Shown: in pieces, positions 43,779 through 53,471 of the stretch
How positions within the stretch are numbered: position 1 is the stretch's first letter
Layout: each line of letters opens with the position of its first letter
Notes under the pieces: generated by a model
What the model saw: only the letters and a program-made list of their open reading frames with translations
What the model was told of the DNA's origin: nothing
Database searches by the model: none
Source: Polyangia bacterium
GTDB lineage: Bacteria; Myxococcota_A; Polyangia; Haliangiales; JADYYK01
Reading direction: 5' to 3'
Assembly (NCBI GenBank): GCA_044229835.1
Contig: JBGASF010000011.1
Span: 10,765-74,764 of the forward strand
Length of the DNA: 64,000 bases
Translations under genes and position numbers: made by a program

Positions 43779-46331
43779 ATGCCGCGAACCTCGGAAACGT
43801 CAGCCTCAGCACCCGCGGCCAAGCCCGCCACCGCCCTGCCCTCGCGGGTCAAGCCGGTGAAGGCCAAGAAGGCGGCGGCGCGCTCGACCGGACCGAAGAA
43901 GCCGGGCTGGACCGACGGCTGGCCGCGCTGGGCACGCATCACGCTGCGGGTCGCCAAGTGGGCGGCGCTGAGCATGCTGGCCATGCTGGCGGTCGGCGTG
44001 GCCACGCTGGCGCTGCTGTTCTACGTCTGGGATGACGACACGCCGATCAAGTCGAAGGCCGACTATGTGAAGTCGGCCAAGCTGACCACGCGGGTCATCA
44101 GCGCGGACGGCGAGCTGCTGGGCGAGATCTACGAGGAGCGCCGCACGCTGGTCGAGTACGCCGACATCCCGCCGCACGTGGTCAACGCGTTCCTGGCCGC
44201 GGAGGACGCCGACTTCTTCAAGCATGGCGGGCTCGACTACCTGGGCATGGCGCGCGCGCTGTGGAAGGACGTCGTCTCGGGCAAGAAGAAGCAGGGCGCG
44301 TCGACCATCACGCAGCAGGTCGCCAAGACGTTCTACCTGACACGTGAGCGGTCGCTGAAGCGCAAGATCAAGGAGATCCAGCTGGCGCGGCGGCTCGAGC
44401 GCGCGCTCAGCAAGCAGGACATCCTGTTTCTGTACCTGAACCAGATCTACTTCGGCCACGGTCGCTACGGGGTCGAGGAGGCGTCGCAGTTCTATTTCGG
44501 CAAGTCGGTGCGCAACCTCGACGTCGGCGAGGCGGCGATGCTGGCGTCGCTGCCCAAGGCGCCCAACGAGTACTCGCCCATCCGCAACCCGGTGGGGGCC
44601 AAGACGCGCCAGCGCTGGGTGCTGGGGCAGATGGCGGCCAAGGGCTTCATCCCGCAAGCGGTGGCCGACGAGTTCAAGGGCAAGGCGCTGCAGGTGGTCG
44701 ACCCGACCCTGGGGGCGCCGTACCAGGGCAGCGCGCCCGAGGTGGTCGACGCGGTGCGCGAGCAGCTGGCCAAGAAGTTCGGGGCCGACAAGCTGCCCAC
44801 GCTGGGGCTGAACGTGCGCGTGACCATCGACGCGCGGCTGCAGAAGGCGGCGCGCGAGGCCGTCGAGAAGGGGCTCCGCGAGATCGATCAGCGCCATGGC
44901 TACGCGGCGGCGATCGAGAAGCTGAGCGGGGCCAAGCGCGAGCGACGCCTGAAGGAGTTCGCGCGCGCGCATGGCGGCAAGCTGGGCAACAACAAGCCGT
45001 ACCAGGCGGTCATCACGGCGATCGATGACGCCAGCGGGATGCTGAAGGTGGATCTGGGCGGCATCACGGGGGTGGTGGAGGCGGGCGGCAAGAGCTCGCG
45101 CTACAACCCGGATGACAAGGCGGCCAGCGCGCGCTTCGCGGTCAACGATGTGATCTGGGTGCGCAAGCTGCCCGACCTGCCGGCGGCGGCCAAGGCGGAG
45201 GTGGATGGGCCGACCAAGGCTGCCGGCGCGGGCGCGGGGGCGGGCGCGGATGCCAAGGGCAAGGGCGAGGCGGCGGGCGCGGTGAAGCTGGCCAGCGGGC
45301 CGCGGCTGGTGCTGGATCTGGGGCCGCAGGCGGCGCTGGTGTCGATCGATCCGATGACGCGCAAGGTGCTGGCCATCGTGGGCGGCTATGGCTTTCGCGC
45401 CGGCGACTTCAATCGCGCGCTGGACGCGCGGCGGCAGCCGGGGTCGTCGTTCAAGGCCTTCGTGTATGGCGCGGCGCTGGCGGCGGGCACCTACACGCCG
45501 GCGACCATCGTGAATGATGCGCCCGAGGTGTATGCGCTGTGGAAGCCGCAGAACTCGCAGAAGGACTTCAAGGGGCCGGTGCGGCTGCGCGCGGCGCTGG
45601 CGGGGTCGATCAACACGGTGGCCATCCGGTTGACCTCGGACGTCGGCACCGAGGCCATCGCGGGCTTCGCGCAAGCGGCCGGGATCGAGAGCAAGCTGAC
45701 GCGGGATCTGTCGCTGGCGCTGGGGGCGTCGGAGGTCACGCCGCTGGAGCTGGTCAACGCCTACGCGACCATCGCCTCGGGCGGCTATGCGGGTGAGCCG
45801 CAGTTCATCGAGGACCTCAGCGGGACGCCGGTGCCGCCCATCAAGCTGCACCCGGCCATCGCGCCCGACGTCGCGTATGTGCTGACCAGCATGCTGGAGA
45901 GCGTGATCAAGGATGGCACCGGCAAGCGCGCGCTGGCGCTGCGGCGGCCGGTGGCGGGCAAGACCGGCACCTCGAACGATCAGAAGGACGCCTGGTTCGT
46001 GGGCTTCACGCCCGAGCTGGTCACCGGGGTGTGGGTCGGGTTCGACGAGCTGCGCACCCTGGGGTCGGGCGAGGCCGGCGGCAAGACCGCGGCGCCGATC
46101 TGGGTCGACTTCATGACCGTGGCGTTGAAGGGCAAGCCGCCCAAGCAGTTCAAGGCGCCGCAGGGCGTGGTGACGGTGAAGATCGACGCCAAGACGGGCC
46201 TGCTGGCGCCGCCGGGCGCGCCCGGGTTCGACGAGGTGTTCCTGGATGGCACGCAGCCCACGGAGCTGGCGCCGGCGGCGGGTGAGGTCGCGCCCGACTC
46301 GTTCCGGGTCGACCAGGCCGCCGAGGACTGA
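43779..46331 (+). CDS. mrcA: Bifunctional class A penicillin-binding protein (PBP1A: GT51 plus transpeptidase)
   Basis: GT51: EDADFFKHGGLD, GASTITQQVAK, RKIKEIQLARRLE. Transpeptidase: GSSFKAF (SxxK), GSINT (SxN), GKTGTS (KTG). ATG 43779 is preferred; ATG 43758 is also in frame. Confidence 0.93.
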   Translation: MPRTSETSASAPAAKPATALPSRVKPVKAKKAAARSTGPKKPGWTDGWPRWARITLRVAKWAALSMLAMLAVGVATLALLFYVWDDDTPIKSKADYVKSAKLTTRVISADGELLGEIYEERRTLVEYADIPPHVVNAFLAAEDADFFKHGGLDYLGMARALWKDVVSGKKKQGASTITQQVAKTFYLTRERSLKRKIKEIQLARRLERALSKQDILFLYLNQIYFGHGRYGVEEASQFYFGKSVRNLDVGEAAMLASLPKAPNEYSPIRNPVGAKTRQRWVLGQMAAKGFIPQAVADEFKGKALQVVDPTLGAPYQGSAPEVVDAVREQLAKKFGADKLPTLGLNVRVTIDARLQKAAREAVEKGLREIDQRHGYAAAIEKLSGAKRERRLKEFARAHGGKLGNNKPYQAVITAIDDASGMLKVDLGGITGVVEAGGKSSRYNPDDKAASARFAVNDVIWVRKLPDLPAAAKAEVDGPTKAAGAGAGAGADAKGKGEAAGAVKLASGPRLVLDLGPQAALVSIDPMTRKVLAIVGGYGFRAGDFNRALDARRQPGSSFKAFVYGAALAAGTYTPATIVNDAPEVYALWKPQNSQKDFKGPVRLRAALAGSINTVAIRLTSDVGTEAIAGFAQAAGIESKLTRDLSLALGASEVTPLELVNAYATIASGGYAGEPQFIEDLSGTPVPPIKLHPAIAPDVAYVLTSMLESVIKDGTGKRALALRRPVAGKTGTSNDQKDAWFVGFTPELVTGVWVGFDELRTLGSGEAGGKTAAPIWVDFMTVALKGKPPKQFKAPQGVVTVKIDAKTGLLAPPGAPGFDEVFLDGTQPTELAPAAGEVAPDSFRVDQAAED

Positions 46332-46333
46332 AG

Positions 46334-47524
46334 TTGCAGAGACCGTGGGCGTGGGCGCTGGTGCCGATCGGGCTGATGGTGGCCTGCGGCGCGCGTGCGC
46401 CGGGGGAGCGCACGGCGGCGGCGGCGCCGGGTGGTGGCCAGCCGGCCGGGGCGGTGAAGGCTGGGCCGGTGGTCAAGCCGACGCCGGGGCCGTCGCTGGC
46501 GGCGACGCCGCGGCCGACGCCCGCGCCGAGCGTGTCGCCCAGCCCGACGCCGGTGCCGACGCCGGTGCCGACGCCGGTGGCGACGCCAGCGCCCTCGGCG
46601 GTTCCGGCGGTGAAGCGCAAGATCGGCGAGAAGCGCAGCACGCTGGCGGTCAAGGTCGAGGATCCGCTGGCGGTCGCGGTGGCCGACCTGGATGGCGATG
46701 GCCGCGACGAGATCGTGGTGCTGGGGGCGCGCGAGCTGGTGGTGTTCGCGCTGGAGGCGGGCGCGCTGAGCGAGCGGGCCCGGGTGCGCCTCGACGAGCC
46801 GCCGGCGCCGATCCGCAGCCGCAGCCGCACCGGCGCGCTGCTGGTGACCGCGCTGGATGGCGAGCCCGGGGTGTCGATCCTGGCGCGCACCAGCGATGGC
46901 GCCAGCGGGGCGCGCTTCGCGTGGAAGGCGGCCGAGAAGACCGCGGGCACGCTGGTGCCAGGCACGCTGGTCAAGCGCGGGCCGCTGACGTACTACCCGC
47001 TGGCCGCGGTCGGCGCGCCGGGCAAGCGACGCGTGGCGGTGACCGACCTGACGCCGGGGCGCGACAGCTTCGAGGCCAAGCATGTCTTCTTCCTGCCCGC
47101 GGACGCCAACCCGGAGTCGCCGGCGGCGCTGCCCGAGGAGCTGTATGCGCTGGAGGCGCGCACCATCGGCGCCACCGTGTTCTGGGGCGCGGTCGACGTG
47201 ACGGGTACGCTGCTCATCTACAAGGGGCAGCTCGACAAGGCCGACGGCAAGCTGGGCAACGTGGGCTATGCGTTCGAGATCGTCGACCTCGATGGCGACG
47301 GCGTGCCCGAGGTGGTGACCACCGATGCGGTGGCGCCGGGCGGGCCGGATCAGATCATCATCCGGCGCATGCGCGGTGCCACGCCGGCGGGCAGCGTCGC
47401 GCGCTTCTCCAGCAAGCTGGGCATCGTGTCGATCAGCAGCGGGGATCCCGAGGCTGACGGGGTGCCCGCGGTGTTCGCGCTGGCGCGGCGCAACGGCAAG
47501 GCCGAGCTGATGGTGATCGAGTGA
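46334..47524 (+). CDS. Hypothetical lipoprotein with FG-GAP/VCBS-like DxDGDG motifs
   Basis: TTG start 2 nt after the PBP1A stop. Lipobox GLMVACG. (PTPV)n linker. DLDGDGRDEIVV and DLDGDGVPEVVT motifs. Confidence 0.6.
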   Translation: MQRPWAWALVPIGLMVACGARAPGERTAAAAPGGGQPAGAVKAGPVVKPTPGPSLAATPRPTPAPSVSPSPTPVPTPVPTPVATPAPSAVPAVKRKIGEKRSTLAVKVEDPLAVAVADLDGDGRDEIVVLGARELVVFALEAGALSERARVRLDEPPAPIRSRSRTGALLVTALDGEPGVSILARTSDGASGARFAWKAAEKTAGTLVPGTLVKRGPLTYYPLAAVGAPGKRRVAVTDLTPGRDSFEAKHVFFLPADANPESPAALPEELYALEARTIGATVFWGAVDVTGTLLIYKGQLDKADGKLGNVGYAFEIVDLDGDGVPEVVTTDAVAPGGPDQIIIRRMRGATPAGSVARFSSKLGIVSISSGDPEADGVPAVFALARRNGKAELMVIE

Positions 47525-49079
47525 GGGCGCGCGGGCGGGCCGGGCTGACGGCGGTGTCGGCGGCGGCGGTGTCGGCGGCGGCGGCGGCGGCGGCGGTCGC
47601 GGTCGCGGTCGCGGTCACGCTGGCGTCGGCGGGGGTCGCCCGTGGCGAGTCGCGGGTGCCCTTCGGCGGCACGCTGGAGATGGCCTGGTTCTCGGCGCCG
47701 ACCACGCTGGATCCCGCGGAGGCGCTGGGCTTCTCGGAGGTCGAGGCCACGCGGCTCATCTATGACACGCCGTTCCGCCTCGACGCCGAGGGCAAGCCGG
47801 TGCCCCACCTGGCGCTGTCGCTGGAGGTCGAGCCGGGCGGACGCAAGGCGCGCCTGGAGATCCGCCCCGGGGTGCAGTTCCACGACGGCACCGCGCTGAC
47901 GGCGGCCGACGTGGCGGCGTCGCTGTCACGCGCGCGCGCGCGGGTCGGCGGCTGGGTGCTGGGGCCGATCCGCACCGCGCAGGCGACCTCGCCGACGGTG
48001 CTGGAGCTGACGCTGACGCGCAAGACGCCCGAGCTGGCCGCGCTGCTGGCGGCGCCGGCCGCCGCGGTGACCCCGCGCGGGCGCGAGCCCGGCAAGCTGC
48101 CCATCGGCAGCGGTCCATTCGCCATCGAAAAGTGGGGCGGCGCCGGCAGCCGCGAGCTGACCTTGACCGCGTTCGCACGCCACTTCGCGGGGCGCCCCTT
48201 CCTGGAGCGCATCGTGGCGCGCAGCTTCGGCGCGCGCCAGGGCGAGAGCGCGGCCTACGAGCGCGGCGCCATCGGCTGGTCGTATCGCGGCGCGGTCGCC
48301 TTCCCGGATCGCAAGCCGCGCTTCCCGACCCTGAGCTTCGTGTCACCCGCGGTGGCCACGGTGTTCGTCGGTTTCGGCGTCGATCACGCCTGGCTGCGCG
48401 ACCTCGATGTGCGCCACGCGATTCGCTGGGCCATCGATCGCGACGCCGCGCGCGCCGCCGGGGGCGTCACCGGCGCGGTCGCCGCCGCGGCCGAGGCGCC
48501 GCCCGCGCTGGGCGCGCCTGGCAACGGAAACGGCAAGGACGTCAGCCCGGGCACCCCGCCGGCGCGCGAGGTGGTGCGCGCGCAGGGGGCGCTGGCGCTT
48601 GCCGCCGGGCGCGAGCCCGACCTGCGCGACTTCATGCGCCAGGGCGGCAAGCTGTCGATCCTGGTCGATGCCACCCGGCCCGAGGACTTCGACGTCGCGC
48701 TCAAGCTGCTCGACATGCTGCAGGGCATCGGCCTCGACGGCCAGGTCGAGAAGCTGGAGCCGCGCGAGTTCGCGGTGCGCGTGGCGGCGGGCCACTGCGA
48801 CCTGTTCCTGGGCAGCGCGGTGGCGCCGGCCAGTGATCGCGCCTGGGCTGCGGCAGCGGCGGCGGCGGCCGCGGGCGACGCCACCCGGGTGCGCGCCGAG
48901 CTGGCGCGCGCCAGCCTGACGGTGGAGCGCATGCACGCCCTCATCGAGGAGCGCGTAGTGCTGATCCCGCTGTTCCACCATCCGTTCCAGATCCACCACC
49001 TGGCGGCGCTGCACGGGGTCAGCGCCGGCGTCGATCCGCTGGCGCGCCTCGGCCTCGGCGATCTGTGGCTCGTGCGCAA

Positions 49080-49083
<4 letters not shown>
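47521..49083 (+). CDS. Solute-binding protein family 5 (peptide/nickel/murein-peptide type) without adjacent ABC permease or ATPase
   Basis: GGTLEMAWFSAPTTLDPAEA...ATRLIYDTPFRLDAEGKPVPHLA...IRPGVQFHDGTALTAADVAASL is the SBP_bac_5 N-terminal signature. GTGA overlap with the upstream gene. Confidence 0.8.
47551..47613 (+). repeat. Compound in-frame microsatellite in the SBP signal peptide: (GCGGTGTCGGCGGCG)x2, (GCG)n, (GTCGCG)x3
   Basis: Exact 15-mer duplicated at 47551-47565 and 47566-47580, then a GCG run, then GTCGCG x3 at 47596-47613. Encodes AVSAAAVSAAAAAAAVAVAVAV. Confidence 0.9.
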
Positions 49084-50789
<1,706 letters not shown>

Positions 50790-50790
50790 C

Positions 50791-50812
50791 CCCCTCGAGC
50801 GGGCTTCGAGGG
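50791..50812. terminator. Hairpin between convergent genes
   Basis: CCCCTCGA (50791-50798), loop GCGGGCT, TCGAGGG (50806-50812), followed by ACTATTTG. Confidence 0.4.
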
Positions 50813-50813
50813 A

Positions 50814-52583
50814 CTATTTGACCGGCGTGGCCTTGAGCGCGGCCTTGCCGTCCTTGACGTAGACCTGGAACTTGACCGACTTGGCGCCGTACTTCTCGAC
50901 CAGCTGGTCGCGGTTGGCGCGCAGCTTGACGGCGAACTTGTCGAAGGTCAGCCCCTCGGTGGGCTCGCCGCACTTCTTCTTGAGGCCGAGGAACTCCTCG
51001 AAGACCTGGCGGTGGTAGGCCTCCTCGGCGCCGCCACCACCCGCTCGATCGAGGGCGTGGCGCCCGACTTCGTCGCGCTCGCCGGCGAAGGTCGCCACCG
51101 GCACCACCAGGTCGCCGACCGAGGGCAGATCCAGCGGGGTGAAGGGCTCCGAGGGCTGCGCCGGGGCGGCCATGCGCGGGGGCGGCGGGATGGGCAGGCT
51201 GGGCGCCTGGGGCGCGAACGCGGGTGGCGGCGCGGGCGGCGCGAACGACGGCGGCGCGGCGGGCGGGGCCGCGGTGGCGGCCTTGGGCGCGCCGGGCAGC
51301 TCCAGCTTGAAGGCGGGCGCCGCGGCGGCCGGCGCGGGCGGGATGGCCGGGATGCCGCTGCCCCGCGGCGGCGGCGCGGGCGGGATGGCCGGGATGCCCG
51401 GGATGCTGGACATCGACGGCGCCGCGGGCGGCGGGCCGAGGACGTCACCCAGGCTCTTCCTGGGCGCGCCCTTGGCGGCGTCGCGCTCGGTGCGCTCGAG
51501 CGCCATGTTGACCGAGCGCGCGATCGACCCGTACTTGCCCTTGTGCGCGGTGTCGTCGAGCTTGCTGATCTCGCCCTTGGCCAGGCGGCCGACGGCCTCC
51601 TGCAGGCGGCGAATCGGCAGATCGTGCTCCATCACCTGCAGCGCGATCCCCCCGCCGATGACCAGGATGACGAGGCCGATCAGCATGATCCACGGGATCT
51701 GCTTCTTGTCGGAGCCGTCGATGACCTTGAGGGTCGCCATCAGGCCGCGCGCCTTGGGGCGTGGCATCAGCACGGCGTAGAAGCTGTCCGACGCGCCGGC
51801 CAGGCCGGGCAGCGGGGCCAGGATGGCCAGGTACTCGGTGCCCGCGCGCGACAGCGCCACCGGCGTCGAGTGGCCGGCCGCGGCCATGCTGTCCTTCTGC
51901 TTGGTGAACTCCTTGGTCAGATCGTCGACCAGCGGGCGATCGACCGAGGCGGCCGAGTAGGTGTTGTTGGCGAAGAAGGCGATCTCGGCGCCCAGGTTGG
52001 CCTTGAGGCGGTTGGCGAAGTCCAGCGTCACCGCGCCGCCGACCAGGTAGGCGCCGATGATCTTGCCGCTGCTGCGGTCGGACTGGATGGGCGCCGCACC
52101 GACCACGTATAGCTTGCCGTCGATGGCCCACAGGTCGTCACGCGACCAGCCGCGCAGCGCGTCGTCGACCAGCGGCAGGCCCGCGATGGAGTCCTTCCAT
52201 TCGGCGCCCTCGAGGCCGGCGCGCCCGATGACACGCCCGCTGGCGTCGACCGCGATCTGCAGGTCGACGCCCTTGAGGCCGGTGGCGAAGCGCGCCAGCT
52301 TGTCGGTCAGCTGGGTGTGCAGCTCGTCGAGCTTGGCGGGGTTCGACGCGCCCTCGAGGATGTCGCGCAGCTTGCCGTCGTTGGACGCCTCCAGCGCCTT
52401 GTCGATCCACTGCCGCGACGTGGTGGCCAGCAGCGAGCGCGCGGTGATCTGCGCGCGCTCCAGCCGCTCACGCTCGACCTCGGCGATGGCGCGCGCGGCG
52501 GGGCGCGGCACGATGATGGCGATGGCGAGCGCCGCGGCGGCCGCGACACCGAGCAGGAACAGCCAGATCTTTGACAGATACAT
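50814..52583 (-). CDS. Sensor-like membrane protein: TM, ~270-aa extracytoplasmic domain, TM, HAMP-like helix, Pro/Ala-rich linker, conserved C-terminal domain (MXAN_5187-like, tentative)
   Basis: TM1 IWLFLLGVAAAAALAIAIIV. TM2 IPWIMLIGLVILVIGGGIALQV. LPIRRLQEAVGRLAKGEISKLDD is HAMP-like. A long PAPPP linker. C-terminus YHRQVFEEFLGLKKKCGEPTEGLTFDKFAVKLRANRDQLVEKYGAKSVKFQVYVKDGKAALKATPVK. No kinase, cyclase or other enzymatic output recognised. Confidence 0.7.
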   Translation of the reverse strand: MYLSKIWLFLLGVAAAAALAIAIIVPRPAARAIAEVERERLERAQITARSLLATTSRQWIDKALEASNDGKLRDILEGASNPAKLDELHTQLTDKLARFATGLKGVDLQIAVDASGRVIGRAGLEGAEWKDSIAGLPLVDDALRGWSRDDLWAIDGKLYVVGAAPIQSDRSSGKIIGAYLVGGAVTLDFANRLKANLGAEIAFFANNTYSAASVDRPLVDDLTKEFTKQKDSMAAAGHSTPVALSRAGTEYLAILAPLPGLAGASDSFYAVLMPRPKARGLMATLKVIDGSDKKQIPWIMLIGLVILVIGGGIALQVMEHDLPIRRLQEAVGRLAKGEISKLDDTAHKGKYGSIARSVNMALERTERDAAKGAPRKSLGDVLGPPPAAPSMSSIPGIPAIPPAPPPRGSGIPAIPPAPAAAAPAFKLELPGAPKAATAAPPAAPPSFAPPAPPPAFAPQAPSLPIPPPPRMAAPAQPSEPFTPLDLPSVGDLVVPVATFAGERDEVGRHALDRAGGGGAEEAYHRQVFEEFLGLKKKCGEPTEGLTFDKFAVKLRANRDQLVEKYGAKSVKFQVYVKDGKAALKATPVK

Positions 52584-52590
52584 GGTTGGT

Positions 52591-53334
52591 CTACTTGTCC
52601 GCGGGCGGAGCAGCGGGTGCGGGTGCAGGTGCGGCCGCGGGAGCCGGCGCCGGAGCGGCGCCCTCCGCGGTCTCGAGCTCGCGATCCAGCGTGATGGGCG
52701 GCGCCTCGGTGTTGCCCTTGACCTCGATGGTCACCGGGGGGCGCGCCAGCCAGCCGTCACGGTAGAACAGCTTCAGCGTGTACTTGCCGTCGGGCAGGTT
52801 GTCGAACTTGAAGGCGCCGGCGTCGAGCCGCGTATACAGCTTGGCGGCGACCACCACGACGATGGCGCGCATGTGCGGCTTGCCGGCGACGGTGATGGGA
52901 AAGACACCGACGGTGGGGAACGTGGCCTTGAGCGTGCCGCCCTTGGGGATGAGGACGTTCTTCATCACGTCGGAGCCGACGGTGGTGAAGTTGAGCTGCT
53001 TGCGCGCGCTGTTCTTGAGCTCGAAGTCGCCGCCCGCGACGACCGGGACGACGGGCGGCCACAGCCGTTCGCCGGTGACCTCCATGGCGGCCTTGGAGGC
53101 TGGCACGTCGGCGTCGCCCTCGAGCACGATGGCGATCTGGCTGCGCGGATCGTAGGGCGTCGCGCGCACGCTGAGCGCCTGGCGCGGCCAGAAGCCCTGG
53201 AAGTACTCGGCCATCGGCTCGGCGGTGTCCTTGGCTGCGACGACCGTGCCCTTCAGGGAGCCCGCGCTGGCGGTGCTGGCCACAAGGGCCGCGATGCCGA
53301 GGCCGAGGCCCCGGGCGAACAGGCGTCCGAACAT
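52591..53334 (-). CDS. Secreted hypothetical protein (beta-sandwich-like), upstream partner of the sensor-like protein
   Basis: Signal peptide GLGIAALVASTASAGS. Beta-rich body. Pro/Ala tail. Lies 7 nt upstream of the next gene on the same strand. Confidence 0.6.
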   Translation of the reverse strand: MFGRLFARGLGLGIAALVASTASAGSLKGTVVAAKDTAEPMAEYFQGFWPRQALSVRATPYDPRSQIAIVLEGDADVPASKAAMEVTGERLWPPVVPVVAGGDFELKNSARKQLNFTTVGSDVMKNVLIPKGGTLKATFPTVGVFPITVAGKPHMRAIVVVVAAKLYTRLDAGAFKFDNLPDGKYTLKLFYRDGWLARPPVTIEVKGNTEAPPITLDRELETAEGAAPAPAPAAAPAPAPAAPPADK

Positions 53335-53471
53335 GCGTGGTCCCCCACTTCGTGTGCGTGCAAGGCTTTGAACCGCCTCAGTTTATCCGGCTGACCGGGC
53401 GAGTCAACGGCGCCGCGCTGATTTTGCGGCCGGGGCACGCAACCCGGGCCAGGCGCTGACGACGATGGGGC

